DNA of 32,000 nucleotides from an uncultured beta proteobacterium (GTDB lineage: Bacteria > Pseudomonadota > Gammaproteobacteria > Burkholderiales > Burkholderiaceae_D): NCBI GenBank assembly GCA_963697715.1, contig OY969095.1, positions 2,231,069 to 2,263,068 of the forward strand. The letters run 5' to 3'. A program made the position numbers and the translations under genes. Shown here piece after piece: positions 18,684 through 27,937 of this stretch (position 1 is its first letter; every line of letters begins with the position of its first letter). Below the pieces are notes generated by a model, which made no database searches, was not told where the DNA came from, and saw only the letters and a list, made by a program, of their open reading frames with translations.

Positions 18684-18817
18684 CGCATTCGTAGGTTGAG
18701 ACGCGCATGCAAGGCATGGCTCGCCGCCATCTAGGTACTAACCACAAATCAAACGTCACCTTCTCGTCATGTGCGCTGGTTACATTGAATTCCCCAGCCC
18801 CTGACCGAAAGGAACGT

Positions 18818-20215
18818 ATGTCCTTCCATATCTTCAGAACCAAACCTGTTTCAGCCATTGCGATCATGCTTTCTCTCGCTGCATGCGGCGGTAGTGGCAG
18901 CAGCAATGACGGTGCAGCCGCGCCAACGGCATTCGGTACGCTTGATGGCGAGGCTCCGCTCATCATTGGCCACCGTGGATTGCCCGGCCTGTTTCCGGAA
19001 GAAACGCTGCCGGCCTATGTCGGCGCTGCAGATGCAGGTGCCGACTCGCTTGAAATGGATCTGCATTTATCCAAGGACTGCAAACTCGTCGTTCGTCACA
19101 ACCCGTGGCTCAGCGATAACACGAATATCGCGACAGTCGCGGCAACCAATCCCGCCGTCGCTGCACGCAAGCGCACGGTGCCTGGTGTACTGGTCAACGT
19201 TGGCTACTCGGTCGCCGATTTCGGCAGTCCTGCGCAGTATCTGACCGACCTGACTGATCCGGGCGATCCTGCTTCGGTATTGCAATCGCTCGTCGTCGAT
19301 GGCGAAGAGCATGTCAATGACTGGTCCATCAGCGATTTCACCGCCGACGAGCTGAAGCAATGGATCGCCGGCACCGCTTATGACGCCGCAAGCGAGCGCC
19401 CCGCCGCTACCGCACAAGACGGCCAGTATCCGATCATCACGGCACAGGAAGCCTTCGACTATGCCAAGGCCAGAAGCGCGGTGCTCGGACGTACGCTGAC
19501 TGTTTACCCGGAAGCGAAGAATCCGTACTGGAACAATGCGCAGGCGACCGCCAATGGATGCGGTACCGGTCATCCGTTTGAAGACGCGATCATCAAGCTC
19601 GTCAACGATAACAACCTCAACAGCAAAACCGCACCGATCTTCGTCCAGAGTTTCGATCCGGCCAGTCTGAAGTACATGCGTGCCAACGGCATGAATGCCA
19701 AACTGATTCAGCTGGTTGACGGCAATGACACCAATTACAAAACGGGCGAAATGATCTACAAGACCAACGATTCGTGGAACTTCGTTAGCGGTCGTCCTTA
19801 TAGCTGGACATTGGCCGGCGACGGTCGTTACTTCGGTGCGATGCTGACGCCTGCGGGTCTGGCGGAAATCAAGACCTATGCAGATGGCATCGGCCCGTGG
19901 AAACCGGAGTTGATGTTGCACATCATCTCGCCATTCAAGGCGACTAATCCGGACGGTTCGCCCTATGTCGGCTCGCTTGCAGACGTCAATGTCATCAAAC
20001 CGACCAGCGTCATTGCGGACGCACATAAAGCCGGATTGTTTGTACACAGTTTCACGTTCCGCAATGAGAAGAAGTATCTGGCCGGCATCTACAAAGGCGA
20101 TCCGATTGCGGAATATCTGGCTTACTTCCGCGCAGGCATCGACGGTGTGTTCACCGATTTTGCCAATACCGGCGTTGCTGCACGTGCGGTTTATTTGAAG
20201 GAAGCGGGTCGATAA
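18818..20215 (+). CDS. Glycerophosphodiester phosphodiesterase-family lipoprotein (GlpQ-like, 465 aa)
   Basis: A GAAAGGAA RBS is present. The lipobox is LSLAAC. GDPD motifs are HRGLPGLFPEETL and EMDLHLSKDCKLVVRHN. Confidence 0.85.
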   Translation: MSFHIFRTKPVSAIAIMLSLAACGGSGSSNDGAAAPTAFGTLDGEAPLIIGHRGLPGLFPEETLPAYVGAADAGADSLEMDLHLSKDCKLVVRHNPWLSDNTNIATVAATNPAVAARKRTVPGVLVNVGYSVADFGSPAQYLTDLTDPGDPASVLQSLVVDGEEHVNDWSISDFTADELKQWIAGTAYDAASERPAATAQDGQYPIITAQEAFDYAKARSAVLGRTLTVYPEAKNPYWNNAQATANGCGTGHPFEDAIIKLVNDNNLNSKTAPIFVQSFDPASLKYMRANGMNAKLIQLVDGNDTNYKTGEMIYKTNDSWNFVSGRPYSWTLAGDGRYFGAMLTPAGLAEIKTYADGIGPWKPELMLHIISPFKATNPDGSPYVGSLADVNVIKPTSVIADAHKAGLFVHSFTFRNEKKYLAGIYKGDPIAEYLAYFRAGIDGVFTDFANTGVAARAVYLKEAGR

Positions 20216-20260
20216 GGTCAGGTGAAGGAGAAAGCTTCTGCCTGTTCGATCACCAGAAAA

Positions 20261-20288
20261 AATAGGCCTCAAACGAGGCCTATTTTCA
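20261..20288 (+). terminator. Rho-independent terminator
   Basis: The hairpin is AATAGGCCTC-AAAC-GAGGCCTATT followed by a T-run. Confidence 0.75.
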
Positions 20289-20335
20289 TTCCGGAGTTAT
20301 AGTACCGGGCACAGACTCTCTATTCACCTGCCCGC

Positions 20336-20797
20336 ATGCACTCACCTTTTGATCCATCGTTTTTTGATTTGCTCTCAACAAGTTACGCGTGCTTCTTCAA
20401 TGAATCTCTCGTTCCCGATTTCATCGCCGGCTCGCCTGCGGCATGCCGTTGGCTCTATGAAGAAGCGCCCTTCGCCATCCTCGCCCACAACACGGATGCG
20501 GATCCGATGTTTGTGTACGGGAATCTGGCGGCGCAGGCGCGCTTTGGCTATTCATGGGAAGAAATAACGCGCCTGCATTCACGTCTTTCAGCCGAATTGC
20601 CTGACCGCGAAGAACGCCAGCAGCTTCTCGATCGGGTAAGGCGCGATGGCTTTGCCAGGGATTATCGCGGGGTCAGGATTTCCAAATCGGGAGCACGGTT
20701 CCTGATTGAGGATGCGGTGCTCTGGCAATTGATCGATGCACAAGGCGTGGTGCAAGGCCAGGCCGTCAAGATTCTGAAGACGAGCGACCATCCGTAA
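20336..20797 (+). CDS. MEKHLA-domain (PAS-like) protein (153 aa)
   Basis: Size and sequence pattern (ILAHNTDADPMFVYGNLAAQARFGYSWEE...RISKSGARF) match my recollection of bacterial MEKHLA proteins. Confidence 0.7.
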   Translation: MHSPFDPSFFDLLSTSYACFFNESLVPDFIAGSPAACRWLYEEAPFAILAHNTDADPMFVYGNLAAQARFGYSWEEITRLHSRLSAELPDREERQQLLDRVRRDGFARDYRGVRISKSGARFLIEDAVLWQLIDAQGVVQGQAVKILKTSDHP

Positions 20798-20882
20798 TCA
20801 TGTATGTCTTCACAGACGTTTGTCGATGCGAATACCGGCAGACAATATAATCATGCGCAGATACGATCGATCGGGACAAAGC

Positions 20883-21137
20883 ATGAAAACAATTCCAGCC
20901 ATGTTGATCGCAGTCCTTGTTCTGTGCGCGCAGACGGCAAAGGCTGGCGATCAGATCAGAAAATGCGTCTCCAAGGGAAAAACGACTTTCACCAATGTCG
21001 ATTGCGCGGATATCGACAAGACGATGGTGCCGCCTACGGAAGCCGTCATTCCAACCGAAATCAAGCGCGTTGGAAAAAACGGAGAAGTCCTGGATTCCAG
21101 ACAGCCTGAAAAACAGAAAAGCGCTGTCACGAAATAA
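20883..21137 (+). CDS. Small secreted protein (84 aa), DUF4124-like, chromosomal counterpart of the phage 110-aa protein
   Basis: It has a signal peptide (MKTIPAMLIAVLVLCAQTAKA). The motif RKCVSKGKTTFTNVDC follows the same C-x-GK-x2-[YF]T[DN]-x2-C pattern seen at 17952-18284. Confidence 0.5.
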   Translation: MKTIPAMLIAVLVLCAQTAKAGDQIRKCVSKGKTTFTNVDCADIDKTMVPPTEAVIPTEIKRVGKNGEVLDSRQPEKQKSAVTK

Positions 21138-21275
21138 CCGCCCTTTACGAAGCTCGTCAGGCTGGCGTTCAACACAGATCCGGGACGCCACGATGCCATC
21201 TCGTTGCTGAATGGATGGTTTATCTGAATCGAATTTCGTCTGAGCGTCTTGACGTCCGCTGAAGTCCAACGACGG

Positions 21276-22802
21276 TCAGGTTTCAGCCAGGCAGACCTGA
21301 TTCCGGCCCTGCGCCTTGGCTTTGTATAATGCTTCGTCGGCAAGCTTGAGCAAATCGACAGCAGTTCCCAGGTAAAGGGTTGGCTTGACGGATGCCACGC
21401 CCAAGCTGATGGTGACCATTCCGCCGGAACTCGCCGAATGCGGTATGTTGAGATCTTGCACTGCAGCACGCAGGCGTTCCGCAATCGACCTTGCGCCTTC
21501 TGTATCCGTTTCAGGCAAAAGGACAATCATTTCCTCGCCGCCGTATCGCGCGGTCAAATCCGCCGGACGCACCGAAACGCTCTTGATGGCACGGGAGATC
21601 CTGATCAGGCAGTCATCGCCGGCCGGGTGACCGTACAGGTCGTTGAACTGCTTGAAACGATCCACATCGATCATCACCAATGCCAGCGCACTGCGGTTCC
21701 TCATCGCGCGGTTGAATTCGGTTGCGAACGCTTCATCGAACGTACGGCGATTCGCCAATCCTGTGAGGCTGTCTTCTGCCGCCAGCGTTTCGAGCTCTCT
21801 CTTCGCCACTCTCAATTGCTCTTCCGTGCTTTCCCGCAGATTGATCTGGTAGACGAGATAGATGCCGGAAGCGCCGATCAGGATAACCAGCAACAGGCAC
21901 GCCGTTACAAGCCGGTATGTCTCGCTGCGCCAGTTCGCAAAAATATCTTCTTTTGATAACGCAACGGCGACAAGTAACGGATAGTTTTCGAGGCGGCGAT
22001 AACTGTAAAGGCGCTCGGTGCGATCGAGCAGCGACGTCAGCATTGCGGTACCGACCGCCCCTTTTGTCCGATACTCATTGAACACAGGGCCTTGCGCTAT
22101 GCTGGATCCGATGGCTGACTCGATGAACGGGCGACGCACGAGCAGGGTTCCCTCATCGCTTGCCAGAAAAATAGCGCCGGAATTACCGATTTCAAATTCT
22201 TCATAGAAAAACCTGAAAAAATCCAGGGAGATGGTGGCCAGGACGAGGCCGGCAAAGGTGCCATCCGGATGCTGCAACCTGCGAGAGACCGTGATGATCC
22301 AGGCGCCGGTTGTCTTGCTTTGAACTGCAGGACCAATGAACGGGCCCCGATCCGAAAAATCCCGATGATAAGCAAAGTAGATACGATCCGCGTAGTTCAC
22401 ACCGGCAGTCAGTTTGGGCTGGGAGTTTACAATGGGACGGCCTTTTTCATCGATGATGAACAGACTGTACACAATCTCCTGTTCGGCAACTCTTCTCATC
22501 AGGAATGAATGCAGAGAAGATTGCGACAGATTCCTTAGCCCCCTTCCCTCGATGTTTTCAACCAGCCCGGCCAGAATGTTATCGGTGCTGAGAATCGTTG
22601 CTTCGGCGTGCTGCGCCAGCGCTCTCGCCATGTTGGACGTGTTGTTCGCGGTATTTTCGAACTTGTTGGCATGGGCCTGCCAACTATCCCATGCCGCAAG
22701 ACTAATCAGTGAAATGGCCGCCAGCAAGGTGAACGCAATCGCTCGCGACATCAGCGAGCGCCGTTTCCTGTCTATCTGTATCTGTGATGAACGATCATTC
22801 AA
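21276..22802 (-). CDS. Membrane sensor diguanylate cyclase (periplasmic Cache-like domain + GGDEF)
   Basis: Two TM segments flank a ~270-aa periplasmic domain. The C-terminal GGDEF domain carries an RYGGEEM active-site variant and an RPAD I-site 5 residues upstream. An alternative start is at Met18. Confidence 0.85.
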   Translation of the reverse strand: MNDRSSQIQIDRKRRSLMSRAIAFTLLAAISLISLAAWDSWQAHANKFENTANNTSNMARALAQHAEATILSTDNILAGLVENIEGRGLRNLSQSSLHSFLMRRVAEQEIVYSLFIIDEKGRPIVNSQPKLTAGVNYADRIYFAYHRDFSDRGPFIGPAVQSKTTGAWIITVSRRLQHPDGTFAGLVLATISLDFFRFFYEEFEIGNSGAIFLASDEGTLLVRRPFIESAIGSSIAQGPVFNEYRTKGAVGTAMLTSLLDRTERLYSYRRLENYPLLVAVALSKEDIFANWRSETYRLVTACLLLVILIGASGIYLVYQINLRESTEEQLRVAKRELETLAAEDSLTGLANRRTFDEAFATEFNRAMRNRSALALVMIDVDRFKQFNDLYGHPAGDDCLIRISRAIKSVSVRPADLTARYGGEEMIVLLPETDTEGARSIAERLRAAVQDLNIPHSASSGGMVTISLGVASVKPTLYLGTAVDLLKLADEALYKAKAQGRNQVCLAET

Positions 22803-22948
22803 ATTAAATGGCCCTGTAAGGAAGTCGGTGTGGTCGCATTTTTATCCCATGCGGCATTTGGCAACGCCCCAGATTACATCAAAGCAAGGGCTAATCAGAC
22901 AGGATCGCTGTCGGGACGTGATGCAGGCCCGCTTTTGTGGTTTATCGG

Positions 22949-22979
22949 GGATAATTGCGGCTTCGCTCCGCAATTATCC
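22949..22979. promoter_or_regulatory. Perfect 12-bp inverted repeat ending 8 nt before the selU start
   Basis: The repeat is GGATAATTGCGG-CTTCGCT-CCGCAATTATCC. Confidence 0.4.
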
Positions 22980-22987
22980 TGACCACA

Positions 22988-24076
22988 ATGAAGTACCCCG
23001 CCGTGCTTCCCTTTTCTGACGTTTTACCGCAGCTCGAACAGTTCGATACCATCATCGACGTGCGCAGCCCGGGCGAATTCGCGGAAGACCACATACCGGG
23101 CGCAATCAATTGCCCGGTGCTGGATGACGCCCAGCGCGTCCAGGTCGGCACCTTGTACAAGACCGTCAGCGCATTCGAGGCAAAGAAACTGGGGGCGGCG
23201 CTGGTGGCGAAGAACATCGCGCAGCATCTCGAAAGCCGCTTCATCGACTGCCCGCATGGCTGGAAACCGCTGGTTTACTGCTGGCGCGGCGGCAACCGCA
23301 GCGGTGCGATGGCGCATATCCTTGCGCGAATCGGCTGGCCGGTGGCGCAACTTGACGGTGGCTACAAATCATTTCGCACGCATGTGAACGACGAGCTGGC
23401 AGTACTGCCGCAGACGTTGCGCTATCACGTCCTGTGCGGGCCGACCGGCAGCGGCAAAAGCCGCATGCTGCAGACACTGGCCGCGCAAGGCGCGCAGGTG
23501 CTCGATCTGGAAGAACTCGCGGCGCATCGCGGTTCGGTGCTGGGCGATCTGCCGGCTGCGCCACAACCTTCGCAGAAAATGTTCGAAAGCAGCCTGTGGC
23601 AATTGCTGCGGCGCTTCAATCCCGATCAGCCGGTTTTCGTCGAGGCGGAAAGCAAGAAGGTCGGCAAGTTGCGCGTGCCGGAAGCATTGATGGCCAAAAT
23701 GCGCATATCGCCTTGCACAACCGTCGATCTGTCCATTGCGCACAGGGTGCAGTTGCTGATGGATGAATACGCGCATTTCGTCACCGATCCGGCAAGCCTG
23801 AACACGCAGCTCGATTTCCTGACGCAATTGCACGGACGGGAAAAGATCGCGCACTGGCACCAGCTCGCCCTCTCCGGCAGCATGCATGAACTGGTGGAGG
23901 ATCTGCTGCGCAAACATTACGATCCCGCCTATCTGCAGTCGATCCGGCGCAATTTTCAGCATTTCGAACAGGCCGACATACTGACGTTGCCGGATATTTC
24001 CGGCGAGACCTTCCAGCGAGCGGCATCGCGATTGCGAGAAGCGGCTGCAAGCCAATTCATCAACATTACCGCCTGA
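22988..24076 (+). CDS. selU: tRNA 2-selenouridine synthase (SelU/MnmH/YbbB, 362 aa)
   Basis: The rhodanese active-site loop is CWRGGNRSG. The P-loop is GPTGSGKS. Length and domain order are typical. Confidence 0.85.
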   Translation: MKYPAVLPFSDVLPQLEQFDTIIDVRSPGEFAEDHIPGAINCPVLDDAQRVQVGTLYKTVSAFEAKKLGAALVAKNIAQHLESRFIDCPHGWKPLVYCWRGGNRSGAMAHILARIGWPVAQLDGGYKSFRTHVNDELAVLPQTLRYHVLCGPTGSGKSRMLQTLAAQGAQVLDLEELAAHRGSVLGDLPAAPQPSQKMFESSLWQLLRRFNPDQPVFVEAESKKVGKLRVPEALMAKMRISPCTTVDLSIAHRVQLLMDEYAHFVTDPASLNTQLDFLTQLHGREKIAHWHQLALSGSMHELVEDLLRKHYDPAYLQSIRRNFQHFEQADILTLPDISGETFQRAASRLREAAASQFINITA

Positions 24077-24116
24077 GACATCCTGCTTTATCAGGCACGT
24101 TCATCGAGAAATACAC

Positions 24117-25166
24117 ATGACGGATACACCACACATCAGATTGACCGAGTTTTCGCACGGCGGCGGCTGCGGCTGCAAGATTGCGCCCGGCGTGCTGGCG
24201 CAGATTCTGAAAAGCAGCGGCGGCTTCCCGTTGCCGAAGGAACTACTGGTCGGCATCGAAACCTCCGACGATGCGGCGGTCTACAAGCTGAATGACGAAC
24301 AGGCGCTGATTGCGACGACGGATTTTTTCATGCCGATCGTCGACGATCCTTTCGACTTCGGCCGCATCGCGGCGACCAACGCAATTTCCGACGTATATGC
24401 GATGGGCGGCACACCGATCATGGCGCTGGCGCTGGTCGGCATGCCGGTCGGCAAACTGCCGCTGGACGTGATCGGCCAGATTCTGCGGGGCGGCGAATCG
24501 GTATGCGCGCAGGCCGGCATTCCGATTGCGGGCGGCCACACGATCGATTCGGTGGAGCCGATTTACGGACTGGTTGCATTGGGGCTGGTGCATCCATCCA
24601 GAATCAAGCGCAACGCCGATGCGCGCGCCGGCGACAAGCTGATTCTGGGCAAGCCGCTGGGCGTCGGCGTGCTGTCCGCAGCGTTGAAGAAAAACCTGCT
24701 CGATGCCGCCGGTTACGCATCCATGATCGACAACACGACCCGGCTCAACACGCCGGGCAAAAAACTGGCGCTGCTGGATGGCGTGCATGCGCTGACCGAT
24801 GTGACCGGTTTCGGCCTGCTTGGCCATCTGCTGGAAATCGCCCGCGGTGCCGGCTTGTCCGCCCGTCTCGACATGGCGGCGATTCCGTTTCTGCCTCAAG
24901 TGCAGCAACTCGCCGCGCAGGGTTGCATTACCGGCGCATCCGGGCGCAACTGGGACGGCTACGGCCAGCAGGTGACGCTGGCCGCCTCGATCGATGCGAT
25001 ACAAAAAGCATTGCTGACCGATCCGCAAACATCGGGCGGCCTGCTGGTATCGTGCGCGCCGGATGCGGTCGAGCAGGTGCTGGCGATATTCCGCGAAGAA
25101 GGTTTCGCGCATGCGGCCGTCATCGGCGACATGCAGGCCGGTACGTCCGGCGTTGCCGTCGCATAG
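24117..25166 (+). CDS. selD: Selenide, water dikinase (selenophosphate synthetase, Cys form)
   Basis: The N-terminal motif SHGGGCGCKIAP carries the catalytic Cys and Lys. The PurM-like fold motifs are DDAAVY and DFFMPIVDDP. Confidence 0.9.
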   Translation: MTDTPHIRLTEFSHGGGCGCKIAPGVLAQILKSSGGFPLPKELLVGIETSDDAAVYKLNDEQALIATTDFFMPIVDDPFDFGRIAATNAISDVYAMGGTPIMALALVGMPVGKLPLDVIGQILRGGESVCAQAGIPIAGGHTIDSVEPIYGLVALGLVHPSRIKRNADARAGDKLILGKPLGVGVLSAALKKNLLDAAGYASMIDNTTRLNTPGKKLALLDGVHALTDVTGFGLLGHLLEIARGAGLSARLDMAAIPFLPQVQQLAAQGCITGASGRNWDGYGQQVTLAASIDAIQKALLTDPQTSGGLLVSCAPDAVEQVLAIFREEGFAHAAVIGDMQAGTSGVAVA

Positions 25167-25254
25167 TTGTTCATACAGCGCATACAGCGCGGTTATTCAC
25201 ACAGTCTTCATGCCGTACAGGTAATATGCTGCCTGCCTGAACAGGCGGCTTGGA

Positions 25255-26175
25255 ATGTTCTTCGGGTATCCATCAATCTTTCATACAAGCGAGCGTTACG
25301 TGATTCGTTCATTCATTTCCAGATTCCCTGCCCTGATGGCAGCCGTGCTGACCGTACTGAGCATGGGCACAACCACGCTGGCGCATGCGCAGCAGGTTTT
25401 GCGCGTATCGGCCATTCCGGACGAAGCGCCGACCGAACTGCAGCGCAAGTTCAAGCCGCTGGGTGAATATCTGGGCAAGAAACTGGGCATGAAGGTGGAA
25501 TTCACACCGGTGACCGATTACGCCGCATCGGTGGAAGGCCTGATCAACAACAAGCTGGACATGGTCTGGTTCGGCGGCTTCACATTCGTGCAGGCGAATG
25601 TGCGCAGCGGCGGCAAGGTGATTCCGCTGGTGCAGCGCGAAGAAGACGAGAAATTCCAGTCCGTCTTCATCACCACTGAAAAATCCATCAATTCGCTGGC
25701 GGACCTGAAAGGTAAAACCTTCACATTCGGCTCCGAATCGTCGACATCCGGCCACCTGATGCCGCGCTCGTATCTGCTGGCGGCAAAGATCAATCCCGAT
25801 ACCGACATGAAGCGTGTCGCGTTTTCCGGTGCGCATGATGCCACCGTGGCAGCCGTTGGCGGCGGCAAGGTCGATGCAGGCGCACTGAATATCTCCGTCT
25901 GGGAAAAACTGGTTGCGGCCGGCAAGGTCGATCCGAAAGTCGTGCGCGTGTTCTACACGACGCCCGGCTATTACGATTACAACTGGAGCGTGCGTTCCGA
26001 CATGAACCCGGTCGTGCGCAAGAAGCTGGCCGATGCCTTCCTCGCGCTGAACAAGGACAATCCACAAGACAAGGAAATCCTGGACCTGCAGCGCGCAACG
26101 CGTTTCATCCCGACCAAGCCTGAAAACTACGCAGCCATCGAAGCAGCGGCACGCAATGCCGGCCTGCTGAAATAA
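25255..26175 (+). CDS. PhnD-like periplasmic substrate-binding protein of an ABC transporter (candidate selenium-compound binding protein)
   Basis: It has a signal peptide (ending in TLAHA) and a PhnD-family pattern (LRVSAIPDE, GGFTFV, FGSESSTSGHL). An alternative GTG start is at 25300. Confidence 0.8.
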   Translation: MFFGYPSIFHTSERYVIRSFISRFPALMAAVLTVLSMGTTTLAHAQQVLRVSAIPDEAPTELQRKFKPLGEYLGKKLGMKVEFTPVTDYAASVEGLINNKLDMVWFGGFTFVQANVRSGGKVIPLVQREEDEKFQSVFITTEKSINSLADLKGKTFTFGSESSTSGHLMPRSYLLAAKINPDTDMKRVAFSGAHDATVAAVGGGKVDAGALNISVWEKLVAAGKVDPKVVRVFYTTPGYYDYNWSVRSDMNPVVRKKLADAFLALNKDNPQDKEILDLQRATRFIPTKPENYAAIEAAARNAGLLK

Positions 26176-26186
26176 TCGCGTTCGCC

Positions 26187-26219
26187 GCTCTTCCCTGCTG
26201 TAATCCTGCGGGGAAGAGC
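26187..26219 (+). other. Intercistronic hairpin between the binding-protein and ATPase genes
   Basis: A 9-bp stem GCTCTTCCC / GGGAAGAGC encloses a 15-nt loop, with no T-run. It may be an mRNA stabiliser or attenuator. Confidence 0.45.
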
Positions 26220-26248
26220 ACGATCGCAAAGCATATCGATACATCCGG

Positions 26249-27067
26249 ATGACTTTTCTTCTTCAACACATTCATGCGCGGCACAACGGCGCTGCGGCAT
26301 CGTCCTTTGCCTTGCACGATCTGTCGCTGTCGATCGCGCAAGGCGAACAGGTCGCGCTGATCGGCCCTTCCGGCGCGGGCAAGACCAGCCTGCTGCATAC
26401 ACTGGCCTGCGCGCTGAAACCGGAATCCGGCAGCCTCGACGTCTTCGGCAACGATCCATGGCAGCTTGCCAGCGGCGAACGGCATGCGTTGCGCGCACGG
26501 CTTTTCCTCGCGCCGCAAACACCGCCGCTGCCGCCGCGTCAACGCGTGGTCAATGCCGTGCTGGCTGGACGGCTGCCGCAGTGGAGCGTGTGGCAAGCCA
26601 TGCGTTCGCTGATCAAGCCGCTCGATCCGGGTGCTGCATTCGACGCATTGGCGCGTTTCAATTTGCAGGAAAAGCTGTACGCACGCGTTGATCGCCTGTC
26701 CGGCGGCGAGCGCCAGCGTTGCGGCATGGCGCGTGCGCTGGTATCCGATGCACAGGCTTTCCTCGTGGATGAGCCGTTATCCGCACTCGATCCCACGCTC
26801 GCCGTGCAAACGCTGACCGTGTTGCAACAGGAAGCGAGCGAGCGCAAGGCGACGCTGGTGTGCAGCCTGCATCAGGTCGAACTGGCGCGCGCCTGTTTTC
26901 CGCGCATCATCGGCCTGCGCGACGGTCGCGTGGTGTTCGATGCAGCAAGCAGGGATATCGACGATGCGATGATCGACGCGCTGTATCGCAACAGCATTCA
27001 GGCAACCGGCCCGCAGGTCGAACCGCCGGTCATGCCGGAAATCGACAACGCCATGCCGCGCTGCTGA
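26249..27067 (+). CDS. ABC transporter ATP-binding protein (PhnC-like)
   Basis: It has Walker A GPSGAGKTS, signature LSGGERQR and Walker B FLVDEP. Confidence 0.85.
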   Translation: MTFLLQHIHARHNGAAASSFALHDLSLSIAQGEQVALIGPSGAGKTSLLHTLACALKPESGSLDVFGNDPWQLASGERHALRARLFLAPQTPPLPPRQRVVNAVLAGRLPQWSVWQAMRSLIKPLDPGAAFDALARFNLQEKLYARVDRLSGGERQRCGMARALVSDAQAFLVDEPLSALDPTLAVQTLTVLQQEASERKATLVCSLHQVELARACFPRIIGLRDGRVVFDAASRDIDDAMIDALYRNSIQATGPQVEPPVMPEIDNAMPRC

Positions 27068-27088
27068 TTGCCTGCACGGATTTCGCCC

Positions 27089-27937
27089 ATGCTGCTTTCT
27101 TCCAACCTGCATCCCGATCACCGCGACCATCGCGATCCCGCCTGGCGCGGTCGCGTCATTGGTTTGTTCGTCGCGTTGCTGGTGTTGTGGCCGATGCTGG
27201 TGCAGGCGGAATTCAAGCCGTGGATTCTGTGGGATGCACAAAGTTTGAAGGCGACCGGCCAATTCCTGTCCAGCTTTTTCCCGCCTGAACATTCAGTGGA
27301 ATTCCTGAAAATGGTGGCGCAGGCCAGTTGGGAAACCGTCGCCATGGCAACGGCCGGCATGACGCTGGCGATGCTGGGTGCGATTCCATTGACGCTGCTG
27401 GTGACCGAGCAGCTATCGATTTCGCGCGTGGGAACCGGGCGTATTTCCTTTGTCGCTTCCGCCATGCGCAGGCTGGTTCGCTGGCTGCTGGTGTTGCTGC
27501 GCAGCGTGCCGGAACTGGTCTGGGCGTTGCTGCTGGTGCGTATCGTCGGTCTTGGCCCGACGGCCGGCGTGATTGCGATTGCGCTGACTTACTGCGGCAT
27601 GCTGGGCAAGGTCTATGCGGAAATTCTCGAATCGTCGGATGCATCGGCCTGCAATACATTGCTGCAGAATGGCAGCGGCCGACTGGGCGCATTGTTTTAC
27701 GGCGCATTGCCGGACTCCGCATCCGAACTGGTTTCCTACACCGTATATCGCTGGGAATGCGCGATCCGCGGTTCGATCGTGATGGGATTTGTCGGCGCCG
27801 GCGGCCTCGGTCAGCGCATGGATGAATCGATGAAAATGCTGGCGGGTGGCGAATTGTCGACCATGCTGATGGTGTTCATCCTGCTGGTTGCCGCGGCCGA
27901 CGGCGTTTCCGCAATGTTGCGCAGGCGGCTCGAATGA
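27089..27937 (+). CDS. ABC transporter permease (PhnE-like), first of two
   Basis: It is multi-TM with the PhnE-like motif RSVPELVWALLLV. The ATG at 27089 is preferred over the tracked TTG at 27068. Confidence 0.8.
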   Translation: MLLSSNLHPDHRDHRDPAWRGRVIGLFVALLVLWPMLVQAEFKPWILWDAQSLKATGQFLSSFFPPEHSVEFLKMVAQASWETVAMATAGMTLAMLGAIPLTLLVTEQLSISRVGTGRISFVASAMRRLVRWLLVLLRSVPELVWALLLVRIVGLGPTAGVIAIALTYCGMLGKVYAEILESSDASACNTLLQNGSGRLGALFYGALPDSASELVSYTVYRWECAIRGSIVMGFVGAGGLGQRMDESMKMLAGGELSTMLMVFILLVAAADGVSAMLRRRLE

